Source of the DNA: Octopus sinensis
Lineage: Eukaryota
Length of the DNA stretch: 64,000 nt
Reading direction: 5' to 3'
NCBI RefSeq assembly: GCF_006345805.1
Contig: NC_043004.1
Location: 33,542,001-33,606,000 of the forward strand
This document shows positions 50,736 to 63,841 of the stretch, piece by piece. The translations under genes were made by a program, and so were the position numbers. The first letter of the stretch is position 1, and the number at the start of each line of letters is the position of its first letter. The notes under the pieces were generated by a model. That model saw only the letters and a program-made list of their open reading frames with translations. It did no database searches and was not told where the DNA came from.

Positions 50736-52399
50736 ATGATGATGATGATGATGATACTTCCTATTGAACTATTTCATTGCTTAACTTCATCAGCAAAGAA
50801 ATGGAAATTGTTGTCCATAGGCAAACTGATTGCTGTCTGATACAACAAAATATGTTCAGAAATGTTTAACATAAATAAAACTAGGACTAACTACGTTGTT
50901 GTTCTCCGATACAGAAATAAGGCTGTGATTAAAGACGGGATCTGGATGAGTCAGACATCTGCAGTGGACACCAAAGTCAGATTTGTCATGGTTTCTATGG
51001 TCAAAACCCTAATGCCAAACAATTTACAGAATGTAGTAAGTACTTTTTTCAAAGCACCAGCACAAGTGATGATTGTTTTGTGACTTACAAGTTTAAGGCC
51101 CTAAAGTAGCCCCTCTAATTGAGGAGACAACTTAAAAGAGAAAGCAAGAGAGAGAGAAAGAATGTGGGAGATGATTCTAGTTGGAGAGTTGAGAAGGGAA
51201 TGGTAAAGAGAGGAGGCTGGAGTTGTATGGCAGGGAATAAGGAGGAAGGAAGCAATTAGTGAGAGGCAGAGTTGAAAAGGTGATAGGATGGTTTGTATAA
51301 GGAAGGTGCAATAACTGAAGAAGAACAGAAGAGAAAGGTTTGTTAATGCACAGTATTCCTATCTTCCTCCCTTTCTCTTCCAATGTGATTCTCACCAACA
51401 TCTCCCACCCTCATTTCCTATTGCCCACTTCTATTGCTTGCTCTTCCTCACAAATACCCATCACAATTACTATCCCATCATGCCACTTATGTAGTTTTCT
51501 ATTCAATCTCCTTACCAGTAACAATTATATAGCTGTCACTGTCTCTCATCTGCTACTCCTTCTATCATTTTGTTACCTCTTTCAACCCCCCTCACACTCA
51601 TACACTCTCTCCTCACGTACACTTGGTCATCACTTTCTTCTGTTCTTGGTCACATTTTCTTTGAATGGATGGAGACATCATAGAAAAAAGAAGACCCTTT
51701 CATCAGGCAGGGAACAATGCTACATTCTTGGGTGGGTGCCATGATAAAGGGCTTCCAGTACACTGTGTAAAATGGTTGGTATAACTTAGATAACTTAGAT
51801 ATGTTTTGACCAAAGATTGGTCCAGGCCATGTCTAACTTAATAGCAATACCCCAGGTAATTTGCTTAATTGAATGAAAATGAAATAAGAGAAATAAGTCA
51901 GAGTGGCCAGTGGAATGTATTTGAACAACGTAGAAAAATACAGGTATATTAAATACCAAACAATATAAATTCTTGATTTATAAAAATGTTCACATTTTTA
52001 GGACATAAATGTATTCTATTCGTTTTTGCATATGACTATGTTCCTAGGCTGCTGGAGTTAAGTGAAACAAGACAATTGTTGGGCTGATGACACCAACTGA
52101 GGCAGAAACATGCATCTATGACTGTCCTCTTATCTCTAGACATATGCCTCTCTTTTTCTTTAGTCACATGTCAACATTGGAGAATTCTTGAGATTATCGC
52201 TCCTTCTCATATGGAACTCCTAATAATTGCTGTTTGGTAATTATGATGTATCATCTGGATGAGATTATTTTAATAAATCAAGAATTTATACTGTATTGTA
52301 TTTGATATACCTGTATTTGTCTATGTTGGGCACATACCAGTGACCACTCTGAGCTATTTCTCTTACTTCATTTGTTTTTTGTTTACACACACATGCACG

Positions 52400-52850
52400 C
52401 ATACACACACACCCTTAAACAAGAATATTATTCTATTCTATATTTTTGAGATGAGGAATTCTTTACATTATTTATATTATTTACATTGGATGAATATGTG
52501 TCCTCATCTTGTTTGAATAAGAATATAAACAAGAATATCATTGACAGGGACTCCAACGTTTCGGCCATTTAAGCCATCATCAGATGCATTGAAGTTAACC
52601 TTGGTTTTATATAGCCGCTGCTGAGTTTAAGTATTCTTTGGGTCTGTGGGATTGGATGGAATGGTAATTAGATTGCAGGGTGGGTTGTGATGAAGAGGGG
52701 CTTTAGAAAAAATTTTATTGATTAAATTTAGGCTTGCGCTATTGTTTAGAACACATTCATGCATGTAGAACTTTGTAAGCAGGTATGTATATTTAGGTGT
52801 GCCCCTTTTGGTAGGTAAGTAGGTACAGGGTATGTCTGTAGCTTGTGTTA
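52400..52850 (-). mobile_element. PLE-like 3' remnant with hammerhead core at 52551-52587 (helix I broken)
   Basis: - strand CTGATGA t GGCT taaat GGCC GAAA CG TT, preceded by TATATAAA and followed by a truncated copy of the 13580-13730 family. Confidence 0.5.
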
Positions 52851-55353
52851 TGAGCTGGCAAAAACATTAGCACGCCGGGCGAAATGCGTAGCCGTATTTT
52901 GTCTGTCATTACGTTCTGAGTTCAAATTCCACCGAGGTTGACTTTGCCTTTCATCCTTTTGGGGTTGATAAATTAAGTACCAGTTACACACTGGGGTCAA
53001 TATAATCGACTTAATCTGTTTGTTTGTCCTTGTTTGTCCCCTCTGTGTTTAGCCCCTTGTGGGTAGTAAAGAAATATATATTTGGTTTTATTGGATTTAA
53101 TCCTTTGCTTTGAAAATGTAATGGTCAAAGGTTCAATGTGTAGTCCTGTATTATTTAAAAACTTAGTAACCTTGCAGTGCAAGTGCCCCATTGTATGAGC
53201 CAAGACTTGTGCGAATTTTTGTCTTGAAGTACAAGCAGAAATCCGCAGTACAAGCACACAAATCATCTCCTCTTTAAGGTAATTCAGTTAATGAAACCAG
53301 TTTACATATTTCTTTTGCATTCTCTTGTTTTATAATTGTCATTTTACTTGTAACTACACCTTTTCTATTTTAAACCCCATAAAAAATTATTTTTGAGTGG
53401 CTTTTCAGGGCTGGAACAGATTAATTATATTTTAGTAAATTTCAATGGGGAAAATTGATTTGTGAAACAAGTAAATCATAAAACGAGCTTGGTCATGGAA
53501 TGAATTAAACTTGTACTGCAAGGTATCACTGTAATTGGGTCCATCAACTATTTGTTGAAAGGAATTTCCTCGGGGTCCACAAAAGAATGTAAGCCAGTGG
53601 TGTGTTTAAGCTGGTCAGTTTCTTTACTTGTTGTTGTTGTTATGGATATGTACAGGGCTTCCTTTTGGTTTCTGTCTATAAAGTCCACTGAAAAGGGCTT
53701 GGCTAGCCCAAGGCTATAGGAGCTAGAGAAGAAAACCCATGCCCAAGGTGACATACAAAGGTATTGAACCTGAAACCATGTCGTTGGGAAGCAAACTTCT
53801 CAATCATACACAGTGTGGTTGAGAAGTGTGGAAGTATGTGCACATGCATACCCACACATATATATATGCATGTGAGCGTGTGTGCATGTTCATTTGTGTG
53901 TATAAAAGCACATACACACACACACACATATTTATGTATATATGTATGTATGTGTGTCTGTATTATGTATATATATATACATAAGCATTATATGTATGCA
54001 TATCTATCTATCTCTCTCTATCTATTTATCTATCTATCTATCTATCTACCTATCTACCTATCTACCTATCTATCTACCTATCTATCTATCTACCTATCTA
54101 TTTATCTATTTATCTATCTACCTATTTGTATGTATGTATGTATGTATGTATGTATGTATGTATGTATGTATGTATGTATGTCTGCATGTATGTATGTATG
54201 TATATTTATATGCTTGCCTCCAACCATCGCGAGTATAAATAGCCTACCAAATATGGATATAGCCAATCACATTTAGTTATTTCTTTATTTGTAATTTTAG
54301 AAAACTTTAACCATTATAATACTAAAAAGTTATAAAATGAAGATTTATAATTTGAAAATCACAGTGGTCTTTAGTCTTAAACCAGCATCAAAACTTTGGC
54401 TTTTTTTATGTTCAGAGTTTTCTTTCGAATTTGCATTTATACCATAATAACGATGTCAGCATGTTCGGTCTAGCAGTGAGCTAGGTAGTGAATGCAGTCA
54501 ACTTGAATAATGGTAAATAGACTAGAATGAATATTTTACATTTCTCTATTCTTCAGACAATATATTTCTGTAACTGCGAGGATTATTCAACAAAATTAAA
54601 TATTTTGTTATTGTATACTTCCATTCTGATTTTTCAACCAGACTAAACTAGTTGCAAGAATGCATTATAGTATGAAGAGAAACAATTACATCCAAAAGAG
54701 AAGAAACAGGAAATTAATAGTATGATTCCTCTTTTACTTGTTCTACTTCTACTACTATTATATTTGTTATGGTATTAATATTATAGTTATTCTCCTCTTG
54801 TACTCCACCTGTTTCTGTTGCAGCTTTACAGCTTATCTCCTGCACTGCTAATGCATCTATTGTATCAATACTAAATCATTGGCTAAGCGAAATATCAAAA
54901 TGTGCAACTGTATTTCACTGCATGCTATTGTTTAGGAGACAGTAGCATAATTTTAGGCTTCTTTATAATAATGTACTTGCAAGTATCAACAGTATTACTA
55001 TCGCCATCATCATCATCGCCACCACTAACTTTATGTTGATATCCTCTTCGTGTGGTAGTTAAATTTTGTTCATATTATAGCTTCCGGTAATGTTGCATAA
55101 TAACACTACACTGTCCTCACTACAATCATTTCATAAAATTATGTATCCCATCTGTTGTTATTAAACTTACTTCTTCATACTTCAGCATCTCTGATTTACT
55201 GACATGTAGTATCAAATTTCTAGCAGTAAGAATACAAGAATTCTACAACACACGAATGGTAATATATCAAGGGCATTAATGCTGTAAGTAAATTCAAACC
55301 TACCCCACACACACACAACATTCCCCTCCACCACTACTTTTGCTACCACCACC

Positions 55354-55387
<34 letters not shown>

Positions 55388-55589
55388 TCATCATCACCAT
55401 CATCATCCCCATCACTCATAATTGAATCCAAATGGATAAACTGCAACAATATAAAGTACGTTAATAATAAATAAAATATTCGAACCATAATGATTGATTT
55501 CAAAAGGGAATTGCTTTGAATTTGAAAAATAATCATTCTTTGCTTCCCAAGTCAAAATAGAAAAATCTTCAAATTCCTTTACCCCTTCC

Positions 55590-55770
55590 TTCAAGTGTTT
55601 TCCCCAGATGGTGTCAAGGTAGGCCAAACCTTACAATTGATGTTGTTGTTATACTGGATCATGATAGGTTAAAGCTCACTGATGGGATGATTTGGGATCA
55701 AGATACATGGAAAATCTTCTATATTTCAGACCTTTCCATTCATGCCACAATAGAAAAATGGATAAGGTCA
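55590..55770 (+). mobile_element. Old RTE C-terminal remnant
   Basis: GRPNLTIDVVILDHDRLKLTDGMIWDQDTW resembles the RTE GRP...D...L.LT..M..DRD.W end (compare ~35200-35310). Confidence 0.4.
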
Positions 55771-57404
55771 TTGACATGATAGAATATATCCAAAACTTCC
55801 ATCGAATTCTCACAGCAATGAATAGATTTGCAGCCAGGGTCACAAGACTTATTGGAATAGTTTTATTTATTACACATGAATATTGGTTTTCACTCATTCC
55901 ACCCACCATACTGTTTCACCTGTAAAGGTTTCATTGCTTTAATGCTATCAATATATTCCTTTCATACACAATAACATTGAATATTTTGCAACAATTTAAA
56001 CTGTAGGAGTATTTTCATTAACTAAATGATATAGTATAATATTTATTCATTTCTAAAAGTCATTTAGTTGACTTAAATAATTCTTATCTTTGATTTGTAT
56101 AACATTTGAAATATAATAATGAGAGATTTCCTTGCTGTGCACAGATCTACTTTATTATTCACTAGGCTGGCTTGTACACAGATTTGGCCGAAAGAAACCA
56201 ATGATATCTTCCTTCATCCTTCATCCAATGTCTACATATTCTTACCAAAGAATAAATACCAAATCTCAATGAATAAAACTTGTTCACCATGATGTGATAC
56301 TATCAGTCAGATGAGAGATCCATGTTGAATAGTTTGAGAGGACTGTGGCAAAGAAAGATAAAAAATTCAGAAGAGTAAAGAATGTCATCCATTGTTGGAT
56401 CGAACAACTTCTTGATCCTTCAGAAGCCAGTATAAGAAGCAAAAGACAACCAACAGAGAATCTATGGAAGACAATTGAGAAGAAACATTGTAAAAAGTCA
56501 GAATTCCCTTTAAGAATAATGAGGAAACAATGTATTATGATTTTATCCTAGCTTTCTCAAAGGAAGATGGGAAGTGTCATGACCCCCTTTTTTAGGGTCT
56601 CTAAGGCAGGTAGAAGGAAGTTATTCTTTGGCAGAAGACCTGGTTAGTTCAAATGGTTGCAACAGAGTGGAATCTATTAAAGACAGCTAGGAGCAATATA
56701 GTATTCAATTGGATGATGGCTTACATCAGCCTCTCAAGTAAAGGGATAATCCCTTGATGGGATTCCGTACACATTTCATTCACTAAATTTCAGTCCAAAG
56801 GTTTCATTTGATTTGTGGTTATTGTGGAAGAAACTTGTTCAAGGTTCCACACTGTGGAATTGAGTTGCAAGCCAATCAGGTGAAAAGTAGACACATGAAC
56901 TCACCTGTCCTGTAGTTGAGTAAGCAGCATACACACTTGCTGGTGCCACGTGAAAAGCTCTGATACTGGTGCCATATATAAAGCACCCAGTACACTCTGT
57001 TAAGTGGTTGGCATTAGGAATGGCATCCAGCTGTAGAAACCAGACCAAAACCGATAGAAGAGTTGGGTGCAGTCTTTGACTTGCTAGCTCTCGTTGAACA
57101 ATTTAGCTAATGCCAGCATGGAAAAGGAAACTTAAATGATGATGATGATGTTGATAAGGATGATAGATAAATAGATAGATAGATAAATAGACAGACAGAC
57201 AGACAGATAGACAGACAGACACACACACAAAAGAAAGAAAGGAATACAAGTTTGAGAGAGCAGTTTATATATATATAGAAACATTGCCAGATAAGACCGG
57301 AGCCTGGTGCAGCCTTCTGGCTTCCCAGATCCCCAGTCGAACCGTCCAACCCATGCTAGCATGGAGAACGGACGTTAAACGATGATGATGATGATGATAT
57401 TTCC

Positions 57405-57813
57405 TGATTCCCTTTATGGAACTGCCATGTTAAGTTGACAGTATACAACTGTTCTATCATTCCAGTACTGCTTATAAATATTTAGAAATTTAATATTTCT
57501 ATTTTTGGTGATCAGTGAATTTACTTCACTGAAATTATATATATATATATATATGTATGTATATGTTTACAAAGTCTACACAGGTATCTTCAGCTAGCAG
57601 GCCATGCTACACCAGACTGATGACGAGCAAGACTCAGAAACATGTCTCTTGGTGCAGGCTTAGCTGGATGGGGGTGCTTGCCTCCCCTTTGTAAACATAA
57701 GGGCACAGGAAATGTGTCAAGGCTGACAGGAAGCGTTGATGCTTCCTAGGGCTAAATAGCAGTGGTGTGATTCCCTTTATGGGACTGTCATGTTAAGTTG
57801 ACAGTATACAACT

Positions 57814-57814
<1 letters not shown>
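57405..57814 (+). mobile_element. 363-bp unit bracketed by 47-bp direct repeats and carrying a hammerhead (retrozyme-like)
   Basis: 57405-57451 vs 57768-57814, 2 mismatches; HHR at 57610-57654. Confidence 0.7.
57610..57654 (+). ncRNA. Type I hammerhead ribozyme, intact core
   Basis: CACCAGA CTGATGA c GAG caaga CTC a GAAA CATG TC TCT t GGTG; palindromic helix III ACATGT, GUC triplet, 7-bp helix I with one bulge. Confidence 0.75.
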
Positions 57815-57884
<70 letters not shown>

Positions 57885-58263
57885 TATATATAATATATAT
57901 ATGTCTCCAGTAAACATAAGAATGATGCAGTATCACTTAGATTCTTTACCATTCCAATATGCCATATTACAAAGGTTAAGTTTTTGCAGTTCAAGAACAG
58001 CAGACAGTGCAACTATATAATGAACAAAAAAAAGACATTAGAGATTTAATCCTCAAGATACAACCAAATAGATTCTTGGGGAAGGTATCACACATATGGT
58101 CAGCAGTGATGGCAGTGCCCCCTCCCACCAGAAATGGTTGGAAGTTCTTACTAAAACAATATTCAATGTCGTCTGTGAAAAAGAAACCTGAGGGAGATGT
58201 AGAGAATACCATTGTTATGGAATACATCATCATCTTCAACAGCAGCAGCAGCAGCAGCAGCAG

Positions 58264-58454
58264 CCATCCAAGAATTTGGACCTGGAGATCTCCATTTCCA
58301 GCGACTTTGAGGACCACTTCCCAGTGGTGTCAGGCATCAACAAAGAGCCCTCAACTACAAGGCAACCAAAGTTTTTTTTTTCCCAAGGTCAGGGGTCTCC
58401 CGCCCCTAAGCCCTTGACCATCACCTAATCACCTTTACCTGTCTAGTTGCTTAA
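58264..58454 (+). repeat. ~195-bp structured repeat embedded in (CAG)/(CAA) tracts, copy 2
   Basis: Aligns with 39645-39840. Confidence 0.8.
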
Positions 58455-58609
58455 CAACAACAACAACAGCAGCAACAGCAGTATCATTTTAACATCTATC
58501 TTTCCGTGCTAGTATGAGTTGGAAGACAATATATTGGAGAAGACTCTTTTTAAGAGTTATATGTCCTTGTTGCTGTCCTCCCAGCGAAACATCAGGTAAA
58601 CATACTATT

Positions 58610-58999
58610 CAGTGGAGGCGCAATGGCCCAGTGGTTAGGGCAGCGGACTCGCGGTCATAGGATCGCGGTTTCGATTCTCAGACCGGGCGTTGTGAGTATT
58701 TATTGAGCGAAAACACCTAAAGCTCCATGAGGCTCCGGCAGGGGATGGTGGTGATCCCTGCTGTACTCTTTCACCACAACTTTCTCTCACTCTTACTTCC
58801 TGTTTCTGTTGTACCTGTATTTCAAAGGGCCGGCCTTGTCACTCTCTGTGTCATGCTGAATATCCCCGAGAACTACGTTAAGGGTACACGTGTCTGTGGA
58901 GTGCTCAGCCACTTACACGTTAATTTCACGAGCAGGCCGTTCCGTTGATTCAAATCAACCGGAACCCTCGTCGTCGTAACCGATGGAGTGCTTCCATCC
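58610..58999 (+). mobile_element. Full-length tRNA-derived SINE with TSD
   Basis: A box TGGCCCAGTGG, B box GGTTTCGATTC; 12-bp TSD AAACATACTATT at 58598-58609 and 59000-59011. Confidence 0.9.
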
Positions 59000-59469
59000 A
59001 AACATACTATTTCTCTTTTTATGTCATATCTTTAGACTCAACCTTTCCATCTGCTAAACAGCACATGTCAGCAGTTATGTGGTAGGGAAAATAAACTCAA
59101 CTACTGCCGGTTTTTTACATATCTAGCTGTATTGCATAATGCCTCTATTTTGGAGGCTTATGATTGTATTTCACTTGATAGCCATTATCTAATTTATAAA
59201 CCTGAATATATTTACTCTGAAACAAAAAAAAAAAAAAGACACACTAAGCTTTTATAATGATGGATAATTTTTATAACTTATCACATTTATTGATAGTTAT
59301 TAAAGCCCAAAACTTTGGTTGCTTTAATTTCGGAACACCCTGTATATCCTTTAAGTTTGTTCACAGGAAACGTTTTGAATATGCATATAACAGCTTCTAT
59401 TCTCTTATGCTGTCTACAACATAAAGATGCTAGCTAGAAATACCAGCTGTGCTAATATAATGTAGAATA

Positions 59470-59477
59470 AATATAAC

Positions 59478-59525
<48 letters not shown>

Positions 59526-59701
59526 TATAATAATAATAATAATAATGATAATAATGATGATGATGATGATGATAATAATAATAATAAAAATATTTAAAAT
59601 AATAATGATAATAATCTTTGGATGGAATTTGTGAATATTTTAATGCATCACTACACTATAAATTCCATCCAAGGATTATTACTACTACTGCTACTGCTGC
59701 A

Positions 59702-59779
<78 letters not shown>

Positions 59780-59850
59780 ACAGCTGCTACCGCCGCTACC
59801 ATTCCATGAACACCAACACCACCACCACCACCACCACCACCACCACCACC

Positions 59851-59929
<79 letters not shown>

Positions 59930-60120
59930 ATGTTGCTGCCGCCGCTGCCGCTGATGCTGCCGCTGCTGCCGCTGCTGCCGCTGCTGCCGCTGCTGCCGCT
60001 GCTGCCGCTGCTGCCGCTGCTGCCGCTGCTGCCGTTGCTGCCGCTATCGCCACTACCACCGCTGCCACCACCACCATTCCACAACCACCACCACCACCAC
60101 CACTACTACTACTACTATAT
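59470..60120. repeat. Compound trinucleotide arrays (AAT, ACT, GCT, ACC) with a 9-mer (GCCGCTGCT)n block
   Basis: Directly visible. Confidence 0.9.
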
Positions 60121-60359
60121 ATATCAGTGTGTGAATGTGTTTATGTATGTATACATCTATGTATGTGTTCTTTTCTACTCTAGGCACAAGGACCGAAATT
60201 TTGGGGGAGGGGGCCAGTCGATTAGATAGATCCCAGTATGCAACTGGTACTTAATTTATTGACTCCAAAAGGATGAAAGGCAAGTCAGCCTAAGCAGTAT
60301 CTATGTATATATTAAGGGCAGACAATATATATAAGTACTTCTGAATTTGACATCCAAGT

Positions 60360-60820
60360 ATGATGAACCCTGTGGTTTGCTGATGAGGTCATTATAAAAC
60401 CAAGACATGTATAGAGTTGTGCCCCATATTGATATAATCAGAACAATAGTAGCTGGCGATTGCTTGCGAAGATGTGGGTCAAATCTCTTGTTTAAGAATA
60501 AGTGCTAATTTTCTTTCAACAGTCACAGAGTCTTTAAAAGGTCAGGTGCTATGTTTTCCCTTCTCCATTCAAACCATTATAGAAAAATAAAAAATAAAAA
60601 GACTAACACAAATTTAATGGAGTTATATTCTTTACAGAGTTTAGAATCTGAGCTTGATTTATTTTTGAAAACAATTCTATTTTGTGTGCTACCCATTGTA
60701 TATGCTTGTACATTTACGAAATGATTTTCTTTTCCTCCCACTAACATGTATGGTGAAGTATGCCCTTTACTGATGAGGTCATAATTAGTGCAAAACATGT
60801 CTAGATTTGTCCCCCTTATT
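60360..60820 (+). mobile_element. Two degenerate hammerhead-containing direct repeats, 390 bp apart
   Basis: CTGATGAGGTCAT...ACATGT(A/C)TAGA at 60380 and 60770 within ~80-bp diverged repeats. Confidence 0.5.
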
Positions 60821-61163
60821 TGCTGCAATGATTAAAATAGTTTACAGCAATGACTGATATTGGTTTTTCATTTCTTTCATCACATAATTATTTCTAGTTA
60901 ACTTTTTGATGTTTTGTACATTAAAATGTTAACATTAACTTAACTAAATCATATGCACACACACACACACATGTCTATGCATATAAATGCCTATATAAAT
61001 ATATATATATATATATATACTATATACGCATGTGCATACACACATGTACACACACATATATAAATTTTGTTGCTTATTGCTTTTTGTCACACATGTGTAT
61101 AGATATATACACACATATATATGTGTGTACGCATATACATTTACATATACATATGTATATATG

Positions 61164-61205
<42 letters not shown>

Positions 61206-61502
61206 TGTATGTATATATATACCCGCACATATACCTACACATATGTTGTTATAAATACAAACATACGTAGCTAGGTACGTACTGAGCTACCTTCCTACAT
61301 ACCTAACTACCTTCCTATGTATGCACACTTATGCACACACACATACACACATGCATACACATACACACACTCATACACATGCAGACATACACTCATAGAT
61401 GAACACACACAGACTCACACACACTCACACACACACACACTCAGACACACACATACACACACACACATGCGCACGCACATACATACACACGCTCATACAC
61501 AC

Positions 61503-61535
<33 letters not shown>

Positions 61536-61634
61536 AACACACATGCACACACACATACAGACATACTTCCGAATGTCCACACAAGAATGAGTATTCAGGA
61601 AGATGTGAATGTATGTTTGTGAGTACTTGATAAT

Positions 61635-61665
<31 letters not shown>

Positions 61666-61974
61666 GTGTGTATGAGCGTGAGAGAGAGAGGGAGAGAGAG
61701 AGAGAGAGTTTGCGTGTACATGTAAGTATACATGTGTATGATATATACGTAAGTGTATGTCTATGTATGCAAATGTTTGAAAACAAATTATAAAATGAAA
61801 TTGCTCTTTAATGCGCCCATAATAATTCCATTATAATTTATGATGCAAACTAAATAAAGGAATAGTATGAAAAAAAAACTAACTACCATTATGTAAACTA
61901 TAAAAGACAATGGCATACTTGATGCCAACAACATCAGTTGCTTTCAATTTTACCGTTTTTAATTTTCTCTCTTG

Positions 61975-62006
<32 letters not shown>

Positions 62007-62261
62007 GTGTCTCTCTCTGTCTCATTCTTTCTCTCTGTTTTTCTCTCTCTTTCCATCTCTGTTTTCATTATATTAAAAAAAATCACTGGCTGCTTGATGT
62101 ACTGAAGTTGGAGCACTAGAGTACACAGATTGCTATGTTCTGTTTCATTTAGCTTCATCCTCTTCTGTTACAGGTTCAAATCCAGTCAACAGCAGCTTGA
62201 TGTTTTCATGACTATAATACCCAATAACCTTCATATGCACGATTCTTAGTTACATCTAGGT

Positions 62262-62504
62262 CAATGGTTCCGAACCAAGGCCCATAAGATCATAAAAGAT
62301 CTTGTTGTTAAAATTTATCTACAATAAATTGATTATATTTTTGAAATGCATAAAATATTTGGATTTTTTGAAGTAATTCCTAATAATATTCCACATCAAA
62401 AATATAATAAAACTTTTATGAACATTGAATGGCTTTGGAAGCCTACTAGAGTAAGGCAAGAACCAGGCAGGACTCCATAAGTAAAACAAAGTGAAGAACC
62501 ACTG
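62262..62504. mobile_element. hAT-type MITE (243 bp)
   Basis: CAATGGTTCCGAAC / GTGAAGAACCACTG TIRs; 8-bp TSD ATCTAGGT / ATCTGGGT. Confidence 0.7.
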
Positions 62505-63755
62505 ATCTGGGTGCAGTTATGGCAGTTTGCTGGAGGGTATATCAGCCAAAACGTGTTAACAACAAACAAGATGAGGACAAATATCTGTCAAATGTAAATA
62601 ATGTAAATAATGTACATAATTCCTCATCCCTAAAATATAGAACTGTAGGTTCTTCTAATCCCTGCAAGCATGGAAAAGCTGACACAAATCTGAACAAACG
62701 AATCTATGTCTTGTAGCAGAGTTGGCAGTGTTCAGTTCTTAGTTCCAGAATTTTTCCTTTCAGTAATGGCAATTCTACATCCTTAAAACCAAAAATAGCA
62801 ACAGATTCTACTGCAGATGACATGAGCTAATGAGAAAAAGGCTCTATATGGTTGTTTGGCATACTAGAAATAGCAGCTAAATCTCTCTCAAACTGCATTG
62901 CACCAGCTTAGATAAAAGTACATATAGTCTGAGACCAAGCTGCAGCAACCCCTTGAAGAATTTTAGTCAAACAAATAAATCCCTGGGCTTATTTTTAAGA
63001 CTCACTCAATTGATCAATCTCTTTTGCCAAGTAAACTTAATTACAGGAATGCAAACAAACCAACACTGGTTGTCAAGTGATGTGGGGACAAATACACACA
63101 CACATAACAAACACACACACACACACACACACATAACAATCTTCCACATGCTTTCTGTCAACCAAATTCACTCACAAAGTATTGGTTGGCCTGGGGCTAT
63201 AGTAGAAGACTCTTACCCAAGGAGCTGAGCGATGAGATTGAACTGAAAACCATATGATTGCAAAGCAAGCTTCTTAACAACACAGCCATGACCACTGGCT
63301 AGCAGCATATCCTACATTGCCAGAGCCTGAAGAAAAGTAAGGATTGCAGGGAGGCTGTTTTCATTTATTGGCAAAAATAAATATCAGAGATGCATTGCTC
63401 TATGCAGGCACTGCAGGAGCAATTCAGAGGTTTTGCAAACTCTTTTAAATCCATTACAAAGCTGGAAATCCTTCCATACTGTCAGCAGGTATCTCAGAGT
63501 CACAAGCATTTTGCCTCTTAGCCTGTAAGCCTCATCTGAGTGGGGGCAGTGAGGACTGAGCTTGTCTTCCACCAAAGAAAGGTTCTACTTTCAGTCTGTT
63601 ATCAATGATAGCCATTCTGGAGCTAATTTCAGCTGCAGTGCCTATTTCCTTGATGGCTTTCTTCTGCAAGACATTTTTTTTTAACAGTTAAATGCCTTTG
63701 CAGAAGACTATTATTATTATTATTGTTGTTGTTGTTGTAGTTGTTGTTGTTGTTG

Positions 63756-63841
<86 letters not shown>

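Noticed and set aside
55412-55925. Protein-like ORFs on both strands
   Set aside because: A third frame matches an RTE C-terminus, so the region is better explained as an old LINE remnant.
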